DNA of 64,000 nucleotides from Phoronis australis (lineage: Eukaryota > Animalia > Phoronida), in the NCBI GenBank assembly GCA_002633005.1, contig NMRA01000090.1, forward strand, positions 695,986-759,985, in the 5' to 3' direction. The position numbers and the translations under genes are program-made. A model generated the notes under the pieces. The model saw only the letters and a program-made list of their open reading frames with translations. It was not told where the DNA came from and searched no databases. Numbering within the stretch: position 1 is the first letter of the stretch; each line of letters opens with the position of its first letter. Shown here in pieces: positions 26,450 to 40,009 of this stretch.

Positions 26450-27760
26450 AATTATGTGTCTGAAACGATGATAGTTAGAAAAACGATGGACGGATTTCAA
26501 TGACTTTCAATTACAATACAGAGATTTTTGACGACAATGCGCTCGCACCAGTCGATTTTTGTACGGTTTCGATGGCTGCAGCACCTCCTTGTGTCTGTTT
26601 CAAGAAGTGCAAGAAAATTTTCGTGGGTGATATCTAGAGATCCAACCGACGGACTTTAACGAAACTTAACACACAGGTATTTGATGGGAATGCAACGGGA
26701 CCAGCGGCTTTTCGGCAGACTTCAACTACTGCAGCAACCCCCNCCCCCCCCCCCCCCGTGGCTATTGTGGTCTCGATGAGGGGCTTCCAAATGATGCCTA
26801 GAGGACCGATTTATTGATGTCAATAAAATTTGACACAAAGGCACGTGACGGCAATGCGCCAGCGCCAGTTGATTTTCGAGCAATTGTACCTGTAGGTACT
26901 GCCGCAACCTCCAACGGCGTTCAGTTGTCCAGTTTTCATGTAATTCGGAAAAATGGCTTCGTCATCGCAAAGACGGTGTTTACCTCTTCTGAATTTGACC
27001 CAGCCAGGCGCTTAAGTTTTTAAGTATTTTGGGAAGAATACTTCCGAGCAACTTTCAAATAACAAAAAGCTGGATTTCAATGTAACTTGACACAGAGGTA
27101 TGTGACAACATTGCGCCGCCACCACTTAATTTTCGGGTTGATTTGATTGCGACATCCCCTGGTAGAAATCTTGACCTCGGCAATGGACTTTTCAGTAGTT
27201 TTGGGGATGATATCTAGGAAACCGATTTATGGATGTCAATGAACCTTGCCATAGACGTTTGTGACGACAATGCGTTAAAACCAATTACTTTTCGGGCGCA
27301 TTCGACAGCTACAGCCCTCTGTTGATGCCGTTTGGTCCAGTTGCCTTGTTGCTTGATGGATATCTCGAAAAAACCCGGCCTGTGTGATCTTTGGCACAAG
27401 GGTACAAAGTAGCTTCCAATTTTCAATCTTTTTCTGCGTCGGGGACAGGGACGGAGGTTTTTGGCGTTTTAGGGAGAACGTTTCCCGGGGATTTTTAAGA
27501 TACTGGACGGCTGATTTCAATGACACTTAATACAGGGGTATGTGATAGAAGTGCGCAGGCACAAGTCGATTTTTGGGTGAATTCGATCTGTGTAATGGCA
27601 TCTAGTGGCTAAGAGGCATATTTAGTATTATTGAGAGCAAGAACGTTTCTGGTGAATATCTAGAAATCCGATAAACGGGATGAAGGAGACTTTAATATAT
27701 GAGAATGAGAGTGCAATGTACTGGTACCAGTAAATTTTGGGACTGATTTGACTACAATAG
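26450..27760 (+). repeat. Degenerate tandem array of ~140-150-bp units (Helentron/HINE-type repeat, inferred)
   Basis: About 8 diverged units with core GATATCTAG...GGATTTCAATGAAACTTGACACA...GTGACGACAATGCG...CCAGTCGATTTTCGGG. Confidence 0.65.
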
Positions 27761-29934
27761 CACTGTGTAGGCACATATCAATTACTGGCGTTGCTCTCGT
27801 TGAGTAGAGATGTGGTGTTTCGAAGCAAAGAGTAGGGACTTGATTACGACAAATGCCGATGGCAACAGTGTAAGATTTCCGTGAAACGCTGCACCACGCG
27901 GAGGCAGACTTGAGAATAAATTTATATTAGAAACTGTGTACTGTAGCAAAGTCTTTTAGTGGACGGCAATCTTAAAAGTGAAAAACTTCCACGGTTGGTT
28001 CTTGTTCTTCACGAGAAACTTTTAAGGAGATTTGTGGACAGTTGGTGAAAGTGTATCATTCCAAAATGTTCTCCTAAAATCAATTTCTTGACGTTTGTCC
28101 AAGATGTGTTGATTTCGTTGGAATTGGGCCAAACGTTTAAGCTTTTTGATTGATTGGAATTGGAAGGAAACAGGTTAAAGTCCCGTATAAGGAAAGATTC
28201 ATGAAACGTCACCAGCGAGATCACCGGACGGGGAGTATTGCTGGGGGAGTATTACTATATTTCCAAGTAAATCTGCGTACAACTTAGACATATCTCCATT
28301 TAACGAAAATTTGTAGTAAAATCACATATGTAGCCAAGAGCCTGCTTACTATTGTGCAAGTACACACCTGGTAGTTTCTAATGACAATGTTAACGATGAA
28401 CATTGGTCGTGTAGTAAGCGGCATGTCCGAAACCACCGGAAGCATGTTGTCCCACTTGAAAGATCAGAATATTTGCTGCCTCATTTACACAATGCCCATT
28501 CACGTCTTTTAACCACTATGACTCGAAATCCACCAAATGCTCGTATTTGCCTAGAAAATGTCCAAAGAAAATATCGGCTGATCATAGGCAGGCGTTTTTT
28601 TACATCACGTGTTCACATTAGTATCTCCCCTTGGTTAGTGACGCAACCTTGATTGCCAACTGTTTAATTGTCCCTGTGGTCAAGTTTTGGAACAGGAAGA
28701 TAAGACAAGCAGTTAAAATCTGATGACAAAAGCCCACTTTGAACAGGGATTATGACTATAGTCTTCCCGCCATCTACAATGAACTGGTTTTCTGTTGTCA
28801 CCACTGTGTACTTGGTTGTCATGTGTGTAAAGACGCATGATTATCTGATATCGATGGTGTCGCGCTCGAGCCATCGCTGAAGACGAACCACTGATGATTT
28901 CGAAAACCATAATTTTATTTTAAAGATTTGGACTCTTAAGTTAAATCTGAATTTGTACGTTTCGCCTGAGTAGCAGTGCACCTCGTAGAATTAATTTTAC
29001 AAGTTTCGTTGGTGTTGCTCCCTCTATTGTATGGAAATGATAAAAAATTAGTACCCTTGTATATTTTTTCACTTACCAAGGTAATGGAACGCATCTTAAA
29101 TGCTGTCCAATAATCTCGTTCCTACTAAAAAGTAGGAACAGAGTTAAAAATAAAATTGAGGAATACTCAACCGTGATTCACTTCTCGAGTGCTATTTGCT
29201 GGTCTACTGGAAAAATGTTCGAAGTCCTTGAATCACCACTTGTAGATTACGCAGCAAGCTGACTGAGCTCCACAGACGAAATAATGTCGCGAAGGAAGCT
29301 AGAGTGAGCACGTGTTTTCCTTCTGATGCATGGCAAGGACCTTATGTTTTAACTACTTCAGAAAAACAACGAGTCTCACTTGAACAAATTGCGGAGTCTT
29401 GAGAATGTGCACATGACTACTAGTTACTGGAATGATTTCTTTAAATTCTGTCTAGACCGTGATACGTTCACACTTGCTTGACTAAGCTTTTCCTCCGATT
29501 GTAAAGTGGGAGCGTAAGACCAACTTAGGTCACTTTTCAATAAAACAGACCCCAGGGGCCGTAGTCTAACCCTTATTCTCGAAATTGAAGTCGAGACTAT
29601 TTTTGTCATTTTCCGTTCTAGTTTTGTGCGAACTGAAGGTTGGTTTCGATTATATTGTGCTCCAGTACGTTATGGTGTCTGCTTGTGACTTTCTAGTCTA
29701 AATTTACACTTGATGATCCCTAGATATAAAGTACAAACTCGAATGCTTGTCACTTGATTACATAAACTGAGACACGTCATGGAGAGAAGGATCACACAGC
29801 AAGGGAAGGTTCACCCATTTTCGCGTTCTCTAGTCACGTTTTTGTTTAGGGTTGTATTGAACCCTTTGATTTAGGTTGACTCCCCGATACTCACTGGTTT
29901 TCAGGTTTTAAACGTCACATTCACCAGTAGAGGG

Positions 29935-30233
29935 CATAGGCGGATTTAGGGGGCCCGGGTCATCCGCCCCTCCCCCCTTGCCTGCCGTAAGCAAAATGAA
30001 ACAGCATCAGCGCGAAGCGTGAGGAAATATAACTTGGACTGGTGCTGGTGGTGACCCCAGATTGCGCCTTGTTCCGGTTTTTTTTTTAGTCGATAGAGTT
30101 TCCGAACACAACGTTTGTACTCCAGGCCCACTCAGCTTTCAGGAGGCCTGTACATATACAACAGCGCTTTGCCCAATTCCCCGATGCAACATGTTGGACC
30201 CCCCTTATGGTATCCTACTGTAGATCCACCACT
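29935..30233. mobile_element. GC-rich MITE (hAT-like ends)
   Basis: AGGCGGATTTAGGGGGCCC at the left end; GTAGATCCACCACT at the right end. Confidence 0.45.
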
Positions 30234-30651
30234 TGAGGTCGAACATAGCAATTCATCCAAATCACGCGCTATGGCAGACAAGAGAAAACCAAAGGCGCAT
30301 TCGGAAAATGCATAAACACTCGTGAAACACTATAATTCTGCAGTACTATTGAAAAATCACTCCATTGCAAGGCGACTGTTTCCCAGGTGTGCGCTAAGCC
30401 TTACGAGCGTTACCTAGCAAAATGGCTGCCAGTGAAGTGATTAGTCCTCGAGGTTCGAATTATTTGATAGCTTTCACTATTTCCATCTTATAAGCGAAGC
30501 TCCCCAACGCAAACGCCGCGCAAGTGTCTTGCATCAAGGGAACGCGTCCCAGAAATCCATCGATAGCACGTAAGTTTAAAGGAACATAATTATATTTGTT
30601 GGTAAGTGCTTTTTATACAAAACGATATAAAGCATTTGTTTGTTTTTTCAG

Positions 30652-30812
30652 GGCACATAGAGTTGACTGTAGACAACTGGTCACAACAGAGCCAGCACCA
30701 GAGAGCCTCGCAGCGCTCACCACAAATTCTTTCAACCAGGCTGGTTGCCTCAGGACGCGTCATCTGTCTGAGGTTGTCACATTCCCGTTTAAAAGTCTCA
30801 TGTATCAGGTAA
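30652..30812 (+). CDS. Luqin/RYamide-type precursor, second coding exon (C-terminal Cys pair)
   Basis: Acceptor TTTGTTTGTTTTTTCAG ends at 30651 and is phase-1 compatible with the 18072 donor. Reads GHIELTVDNWSQQSQHQRASQRSPQILSTRLVASGRVICLRLSHSRLKVSCIR*. A C-terminal Cys pair (here C-x11-C) is a known hallmark of luqin/RYamide precursors. Confidence 0.62.
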
Positions 30813-30844
30813 AACCACAAAACACAAACTGACTCGCCCTTACT

Positions 30845-31095
30845 CTGTTACTACTGGTCCACCTGTTTTTATTTGTCCACCCGCGGTTATTGGTCCAACT
30901 GTAACTATTTGTCCACCTCTGAATATGAATCCACATGTAACTTTTGGTCCACCTGTTACAGTTGGTCCACTTGTGGCTATTAGTCCCCTTGAGCTGTTGG
31001 GTCAACTTTGACCGTTCAACCACTAGCGACAATTGGTCCATGTGTTATTATTGGTTCACTATGACTATTGGTCCACCTGTGATTATTGATGCACC
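30845..31095 (+). repeat. 18-bp minisatellite (consensus ~CTATTGGTCCACCTGTNA)
   Basis: About 13 diverged units with the GTCCAC core recurring every 18 bp. Confidence 0.8.
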
Positions 31096-32346
31096 AGTTG
31101 CTTTGTTTGCTTCGGAACTGTATGTTTAAAACTGACCGGGAGTCATTCCACTGCAGTCTACATGACACCAACAGACCGTACCTAAATTGAGTTTTTGCGG
31201 GTTGCATCGGCAGTATGGCAGACCAAAACACGGAATTTCAAGACACCTAATTGTAGATTTATTAGTTTAGAATAATAGTTAACAAACGCAAATAATGCAG
31301 ACTCGGCTGTAATTCAAATATGACCCTCTTATACTGATTTCTTTCCATCAATGAGGTGCGCCAAAAAGTAAAAATAATGTATAAAATACATGTACATGCA
31401 GCATACAAAGTTTGACAATCAAACTAATTCCGACTCTGTGGCCTCGACTCGGCGCTAAATCGTCATTACTTAGTTACGCAACACATTTATTTGCAGGCTT
31501 CCTCGAAGACAAGAGCAGCTACTAAAGAATTTAAATTTCCTCTCGAAAGGTGTGGGCTTTAAACAACCAACATCGTATCGAACGGAGGATAGGCCTAGTT
31601 GGCTTAACTGAAATCTCGTGCTGAGCGAATCCAATGGCCCATGTACCAACGTAGCTAATGTACAGCTGTGTCTATGTGCCTCATCGTTTGACCGCCAGAG
31701 GGAGGGATGGGTGATTGACGAACTACAGTATGCTGTAGTCGTGGTCAGCGATGAGTTTTATAATACATTCTTGACCTAAAGCCGCCCAGAATATGGATAG
31801 AGTATTTCCATGCGTAGCTAAACAATAGGCGTGCATTTGGTTGGCCTAATAAGCTTTCTAAAATACGTTACGTGTGCGCATATGTTTGTTTTATTGACTG
31901 ATAGGATTGGAGTTGAAATTTGTTTTGGTCTATGTTAGCTCAGTCTGTGAGTGGAACAGTCAGTCTGTCCGTGTGTATGTATAGGAGGAGAGCCAGAGAT
32001 TCGTTTTAGTTGGAAGCGTGTTTTGACAAGATCGGCTAGCATCAGCATTTGTTTTCGACAATAAAGGACACTATTCCTCAGATTTTGCACAAGAATTCGT
32101 TTCGACCTTGCATTTTAGGTTTTAGAATCCAGTAGTGCTTAAAACCCCCACATCTATGTGAAAAACAGCAAAAAACAATAGCACCAGTCGATCATCTGCC
32201 AAGTTGAAACATTCGCAAAAACTATCCGACGATATAGCCCATAAGCACATTCCACATTTTCAATGCCGCGCCCTCTGGTGCCATGGTTCACCGGAGTAAC
32301 ATTTTTGCATTGTCCCAGATGTTAATGATAGCTTGTAAACGTAGTG

Positions 32347-32490
32347 ATGGCAGGTGCCGGCGGATTTTACTTGCAGCGTGCTTGGATGTTTTAATGACAA
32401 CAAGAAACAGCGGCATATGAAGTAATACGAGCTCCCGAAAAATCCAGAGGCTAGAAAGTTATGAGTTAAAAACATTGGCAGAGCTGGTAA
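32347..32490 (+). pseudogene. THAP domain relic
   Basis: MAGAGGF/(frameshift)CSVLGCFNDNKKQRHMK*YELPKNPEARKL*VKNIGRAG; resembles the relic at 44900-45065. Confidence 0.6.
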
Positions 32491-35199
32491 TAAGGGCAAG
32501 TTTAGTGATATCGCGATGCGTATAAATTTGGGTCTTTAAGTTGTGTATCCTCATATCAGAAGTGTGCCATAGGCAATGCCGTTAAGGATTGGTCAGGTTT
32601 ATTATTGGGGGTGTATGCAAAAACTTGTGCTTACCGTCTCCTGCCTTGGTCTTTTGGTGATCTAGTTCACAGAAGACGACTACGACGTTAAGGATGCCAT
32701 ATCTTATTAAAACCATGAATATTTTAATTTGTAGCAAGTAACACCTTGCAACTTCTTGGAGAACTATGTGTACAAGTATAATCAAGAAAAGAAGTAATTT
32801 TTAAATAAATCATGGTTTTAAAGACAACATCACTACTGATACACTAAAGACATGTAATAATTCCAAATATTACCCAATCGTAATTTGATAGTAAAGGAAA
32901 CAATGAATAAAAACTGTGCCAAGTTTCATTAGGGTAACTAAAAAATATTACCATACTCAATTAAGTAAAAATAGTCTCGCAAAACGAGACTTTCGCACGA
33001 TTGTAATGGTAACTGGTTCTCGGATGGTTTCCGGCACAATGGATGACCTGGGGTTGTTTGTGAATTGGCACTAATTCATTTTCAAAATTACAATTTAATG
33101 ACACTATGCATCTTTAACATTTTTAAAAAGCGCGGATCTGAAGCAAAGCTGAGTACAAAATCATGTTTTTATCAAGCCATTACTGTCAGCAAGTTGGAGC
33201 AACATCTAGAAACGTGGTTTGGAAGACATTAAATTTGAGTTAAGTGATTTGTTCTTTAACGATTGTCCTTTTGACCGATTTTCTAATGAACAACCTCACC
33301 CAAAAACCCGAAAATACAGCAGCATATCTACAAAATTTATATGAAAGTACAAAATAGGCGGAAAGGGGTCGAAAAACTAAAGTACTAGTATATGCCTTGC
33401 AACAAGTTCAAGTTTCATGCCCTTTGGGCTTGCATTTCTACAGCGCAGCCAACGTTTGAGCTCTGCAACGGTGCACGCTTCAAAGGGCTTCTTTATGACA
33501 GTCTCTGGCACGTCTACTCCTGTCAAATTTGTTTTTCATCTTTGTTGACACAGTTCACGCACACCATGTACCCACATTTGGTTGCTCGGGTCAATCCCAG
33601 AACGCAACGCTTTAATTCAACTACTTTCCGATACCCGCACTACGTTTCTGCATATGGGCAATTGGCTGATCTCGAGTTACGAATTTTTATTGGTCGATAG
33701 ATAAAACGTGGAATCGGGACAGTAAAACATAACATGAGTCATCATTCATTGTGTTAAGTGTAAAACTTGGTCATGTGTTGTCACTCGTTATTCCCGAGGT
33801 TTTTGGTATATTAAAAAACGGCTAGGAGTTGAGCACGTTGCGGCTCTTTTCACTTTCGTGCAGAACATCAGAGAAGCGTGGATCTGGTACAGAAGTTCAC
33901 GTGTTGGTACATGTAGGCATGATACACTGGAGCTGGGTGAATTAATACGTCACTTCCTATAAAGTTCTTTCTTCCATTTTCTTGTTTTGGAGATATTGAA
34001 TTTACGATTGTGATATACAGTGCTACACAGGAAGGTCTAATAATGCCGACAATGTAGTCACTTGTCAAAACAAGGTGGTTTCAAGCACTTTAAGTCAGAT
34101 TGGTTCAAGCAATATCATTAATTACCTGTATGTCACACAGAGCTTGGTCGGCCAAAATGACGTGCAATATGGATGAGTACATGTAGACACGTATTACCAC
34201 TAGAATATTTATTTTAATTACTTCAAGGATTGGACCCATTCACTCGGAAGTGGTCACGTGGCCATATACTGTTATCTGTGCGTGCGCAGATAGTAGCGTA
34301 CCGCAGATGTATAATTAGGATATATATATTTAAAAGAAATAGAAAAAATGAAATGCGTTTCAATGCCCACTGATTCGACTCGTTCAACCCTCAAAGTAGG
34401 AATGCATGGCTTCAGGAACCGAGCTAATCCGTGGGCACTGTATGGCTCAATTTGAGATGTAGCGATGACTTAAGGAACGGAATTAAACCATGCACAACGT
34501 GTGATACTCTGTGATTGTTCGTCGCACTCCCTTCGAGTAAAAATATTCGGGCTTGGCTTTTGTGACACTTAATGCATGCAATGGCCATACTCTATGTTTA
34601 CGTTAATGCAGATTTGCTTCCTTGACAAAAATTCTAAAACTTGTGTTTCCTGGTAGATTTTTGTAATGACACGTGCTTTCATAGTTGTTCGAGTATGATC
34701 TATCATGATGGTGAATACACGGAGTATCATTGTTGTTATAAACTTGACTATTTGTTTACCTCGTTTAATAAATTCAGCACCAGTGTTTCATTCCATTACG
34801 TGGCAATGACAGTGCTGCCCTGAATGTAAGTGTTCTCTCCGCTTAGACATGAAGATATAAGGGTTATTTTCTATAATACATGTTAAATCAATGCACTGTC
34901 AAGCTATTTTAATGTAAGCAAGAATAAAATAAAACAGTTCATTTGTCATGCTTTGTTTGCTAAGTGCATTGGTTTACAATGCACCTGAATTTTGTCAACA
35001 GGAATTATAGAGCCAGGTTAGGTCTCGCAAATTGTACTCACCACGTAAATTCTTCACTTATGAAAAGGAAATACTGAATTCAACCCCGAAATTAACTTTC
35101 CCAGCTCACCAACCAATTACTTGTCATATTAGTTGCCGCCAAATGGCTAGCAAAAGCTACTCAGCTCGGCGAACGTATTCGCATGATTTTACGAGGTCT

Positions 35200-35395
35200 T
35201 GTGAGACCTCGTTTGTCCCACTAGGCCACACTGCTAAAGCTTTGAGTCAGGTTTCCAGCTCCTCAGCTCGGTTTTATCCATACATTAATAAAGCATAAAA
35301 ATGGTTCCAGGTGATCAGTGCAATGGGCCCACATGCGAGGCCTGCGCACGTCTGGTACAACGTGTATCAGGCCGCCTGCAATTATGTTTTATATA
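35200..35395 (+). mobile_element. tRNA-derived SINE, copy 3 (5' degraded)
   Basis: GGCCACACTGCTAAAGCTTTGAG...CTCCTCAGCTCGGTTTT...GGGCCCACATGCGAGGCCTGCGCACG...CGCCTGCAATTAT. Confidence 0.78.
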
Positions 35396-38300
35396 TTGCT
35401 TTTCCCGCGAGAAACTTGCTCTATGGAAAGCTTCCATGAGTTGCATAAAAGTGGACAAAGTACAATCATGGATAATTTCGATCATTGCAAGAAACGAAAG
35501 ATTTTAAATGGTCACGTGCGGTAAAGTGAAATCACTGAAGTTCTTCAAATGCAGTAAACGGTAAGTGAGGACTAGACACTAGAGGGGGTACTGCAAAATT
35601 ACGTCTGCGAGCGTGAGCAGACTCGTGAATTGCAACAACACTTATTCTACAAAGCAAACACAAATCAATCAGCAACAGCAAACCCAAAATCGACAGGGCT
35701 GGAGATATTTCATAGCTAATAATGGAAGAATGAGACTCAAATAGCGATATAAATCACTGCACATATTTATAGTACATGAATCTCTCGTTTCACGTTCATT
35801 ACTCTTTGTTTTCTTGTGTTGCTAAAACATTTGTATGACTGTTTGGACAGTCCAATACATCTAAAAAACGAGGCTTTACAGGAGCAAGTCTGATTAACGA
35901 ATAAAACCTTATGTAAAAGTGTACATGTATGACTCGCAGGTACGCTCAAAGAAAGGATATTATATTATTTTAAAAACTAGATGAGTAATGGTTTCTTTCT
36001 AAACTCATACATTAGCTTCAACCGCTCAATTGAACAAGAAAGTACATGTGTACAAGTACATGTATGTTTCTTCCAATTTTAAAAGCGTCCATCACGTAAC
36101 GCCAGTGCAATTCGTCTTCAAATTCAGCTGGGTTCGCTTTTTTCACGAATCCATTATTTAAAAGTACTTTATATTCCAAGAACGCAGTTGTTGTAATTTT
36201 AAACAATTAGAAAATAAGTACATTACCTTAATTGAACTGTGCACATCTAAAAAACAAAATTGCAGACAATGTCTACGTAATTACATTAGTCGAGAGAGGA
36301 CGTGAAACAGCGTAGACTTACTAACCTTTGATGAACAAGCCACAATTCAATGCCAGTGCTCACATGACACTCCAATTGTATGTAACGATCAGTACGGTGT
36401 AACAATGTTAAACACGATTTTGACTCTCACCGCAAACTTAATTGTATAATTCACTATGGACAGGTCCAAACGGATTGGGTCGACATCTTGAGGATGGCCA
36501 TGCAACAGGGCAGAGAGTGCTGGAGCTGCAAGGGGTAATGGAAATTAATTACACTAATGTAAATTCCCTTTATATAATTACAATTAAAGTTTCATCACGT
36601 AAAAATCTCTTTCTTTCCAATTTCCTGATTTTTCCGTTATTAACTGGATGCAACCTGTCGCCGAACACACATAGGCGCAAAAACTGCCACTAGAAGGCGC
36701 CACAGTAATCCAAGTCGTTTGAAAATCGTCGTTTTTACAGTAGAAACATTAACGCCAATTTTTCAAAATCATCCTTGGAGCACAGGCGTCTTCAGCTTTT
36801 GATCGTCCCCAATACACAATATATAATACTACAAGCTATGACACTCTCGACAAGGATGTCCATGGGTGCTTCACTTCAGCCGTCCATATCAAACGCAAAA
36901 CTCAATAAATTTACACAAAACGGGGTTTCAACAAACCATTAGCAATTGTTCTAGTGGGAAAATGACAAGTCTCTGAAGCGCGCTCTATTGGACACATTTT
37001 TGTACGGTGTTACTAACACTCGACAGGCCCTGAAAGTAAAATCTGGAACAAAACTGTTAATTATATGACACTTATGTCTCAGTTTTCAATTGCTGAATAC
37101 TATATCGTCTGCAACTCAGGCGCCGATTCCTCGGAAACTACAATATCAAATATTGAGGTTTTTTAACTATTTCCAAGAGATGTTACAAGTTCACTGCACA
37201 GTTGCCGTTGTTTTCATCTTTGTTTCCTCTTTTTAAGAAATAAACCTTTACTTTTAAAACTGTTTTTTTACAAGAGAAAACTTGCAACATAACGCGCAAG
37301 TACATACATATAGGATGTGATCCGCCATGTGAACATTCTGGGTCAAGTATTTAAAAATCTGCCGAAAAATGTAAGAAATTTCGGTCTCGGTCGATACGCA
37401 GAATGATGTCGAGTGGGATATTACTTCATGTACGCCACTCTCGGTACGTTTTGTGTATATAAATTATGTTATTGATGGCAGGCTTTCACGACCCTGAATC
37501 TTCTGGAACTGACACAAAGCATCCCGCCTGTGAAAAGTTATTGTCATAACTTCGACAAAACATTTTCGGTATTTTGAATCCAATGGTGGGATACATTGTA
37601 AGCTACTATAAACAACGGTTACAATTTTAACACAATACAAAAAGCATGTTAATTTTTTTCTCATGGTGTAAACTGTGTTACATATCAAGACAGGGACCAT
37701 AGTTTTCAACAGGTCAGCATGTTTAAGTTCCAAATACATGTATTGAGTTGGGAAGAATTAAACACAAAGATATAATACTGAAAACCAAAGGTTATCAAAA
37801 ATTATGATTTTTACTTAGCTCCTCTATTGGTGGACAAGAAAAAACAAGTTTTAAGCATTATGTTAGGAACACAGTCATGCAGTGTCATGAGTTTTTCGTT
37901 GTGAAACACATTCATCCATTTTGGAGTCCGCTTTTGGCACATTAACAGTGTGTTGGTCGTATTTAGTGAAAGAAACCAGACACCCGTGAACTCAGTCTTG
38001 TGTGATTCACACGGAAATTCAATTTATGTGTGAAGTCGTTCCAGGGCAGACATGGTGAGAACTTTGCCAGAGAGGAAGAGGCAGGTAATATAGTGGGATG
38101 TCTGTAAAGCAGTGGATGCCGAACTTTAATGACGAAAACATTAGGCAGTACATTTTGACCCATATATTTCACGGAACACTGTAATTTAACATTGAATATG
38201 ATAACTAACAGATTGTGATGAATGTTAGAATCGTGAAAAAAAGTCTCCGGCACTACAGTGGGGTGTGAGTAAACTTGTGAAAGTCCAGTTAAGGTGCTTA

Positions 38301-38449
38301 TAGAGAAGCCGTATACGACCACTTCCTGGGCTTAAGACAGGGTTGGTTTCTCACCGGAACATGAAATATGCATTGTCGTGGTGCTCTCCAAGCCGGAAAA
38401 GGGAAATACCTCTTGGCCAAATTTATGTGTGATTTATGGAATTGCGGGT

Positions 38450-39660
38450 GAGCATGCCAAAGCTACTGTGTGAAGTTAGCTGAGTTTGCCCACTTTACTC
38501 CTGGAAATTGTCTGACTAATAAATATATTGTCAAAACAAAGCCTTCGACGCGTTTCGCATTGCATGTGGTGCGCTACATAGTAAACTTCTGGTATTGCAT
38601 TCCAAACTATTTGGAGGACAGGCTGCTCTTACAGAAGATGAAGCGCTATTTGTACAACACGTAGGAACAATGCTAGAAATAGAAAATTCCCATCGACTAC
38701 CTCGACCTGCGTCAAATGACGAAGGCATAGGCCTGCGTTGAAAAAAACAGGACAGAAGAAGAAAGCGCCCTTCAAGAAATATATGCCTGGAAAAGATTGA
38801 GTGTACGGATATGCAAAGCACCACAACACAACAAATGTGGAGTAATATCAACTGCGCGAGAGAAAAGGTTAGTCCTGCTATAACCAACGCATACTTTAGC
38901 ACCTTGGAAGAAACACTGAATTGTGTCCCAGAAAAATACAGTGAATCCAACATTTACAATGAACCGGGACGGAAACACTCAATTTCCTGAAGAGCGTGTC
39001 ATGAAAGTTAGATTCCACTTATATTTTCAGCATCACCTGCGAAACCATGTCTTCTCCTTGTAGAACTAAAATGACGAGCGTCTGTGCTAAAATATATTAA
39101 AATATCCCCACGTATCGAGCGATGCGCTCGTTCTCAAGGGTGTGCTACAGACGCTCGTCATTTTTTACTAGTTTTACTATTTTACATTTTTATTTGTCGG
39201 TAACAACTGCACGGCGTTGCAACATCTATTTGATTTCTACTCCGTGTGATGAGCTCTTAGACAGGAGTCGAAGGCATGCCCGATCACACCGTACACCGTT
39301 TGAGGATCGGTTTCAGGCCGTCATCATCACATAAGCTATCACAAAACCCTCGAAAGATAGCTGTAATCAAAGGTTTTGTCTTCACACATTCATGGTAATG
39401 GACATTGGAAAATGTTCCAAGTTGTGTGCCTTCCAGCGAACGGCACACGCCGCACACAGTCACTAGATGTTGGCGATTACAGCTCTGTGAATAAAGTGTG
39501 GTGTAAGTCTATTCAGACAATGGAAGGCATGGGGAACACGTGCGAAGTACTCTTTGCTACCAAAGAACCAGTTTCTTTTGAATTTAAGAAATTGTTGAGC
39601 CTCGTGGAAGACCGACTTCAGGACAATAGTCGCTACAGCTTCAGGACATGCGGATGAGAA
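38450..39660 (+). pseudogene. pogo/Tigger-like (DDE_1) transposase relic, interrupted at ~39060-39340
   Basis: SNIYNE (cf. IYNxDETG), SSHI (cf. DGHxSH), VVCLPANGTRRTQSLDVGDYSSVNKVW (cf. LPPHTTHxLQPLDVGxFxPLKxxW), SFRTCG (cf. GFRKCG). Confidence 0.65.
39060..39340 (-). mobile_element. Penelope-type terminal-repeat relic with a hammerhead-like motif
   Basis: Reverse complement of 39085-39153 (CTGTAGCACACCCTTGAGAACGAGCGCATCGCTCGATACGTGGGGATAT) matches 45924-45995. Confidence 0.45.
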
Positions 39661-40009
39661 GTTTTCAAATCACCCAGTACTGTTGTTAAGTTGTACTATT
39701 TGGCCCGTATTTAGTGGGCAGCCATTGTTATTGCTGAGAAAGGTAGAGTTCAGTTTTAGGGGTGTTGTTTTGAAATGGTCAGTCTTAGTTGTATTGTACA
39801 AGTGTGTCACTTTTATTCAAGTTCGAGGTGGCTGTTACTCCAGAACCTAGTTTTCGTGATAATTTGAACCCCACACAGCTGTGAAACAGGCCGCGTTGGT
39901 TTATGCCCTGTTAGTCTGTGAATTCAAGAGAAACAGTGGGATAGGCAGCCCGTGTTACAGTGCCTCCGAAACAAGGTTGGGTGTCCCAACAAGCTTGGAC
40001 AAGCTTGCT

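Noticed and set aside
30845-31095. Regularly spaced repeats resembling a CRISPR array
   Set aside because: Contiguous 18-bp minisatellite without unique spacers, in a eukaryotic context with no cas genes.
36685-36702. CTCF-like motifs (CCACTAGAAGGCGCC; also ~18366 and ~32268)
   Set aside because: Short motifs that are common in transposon ends; function cannot be supported from sequence alone.
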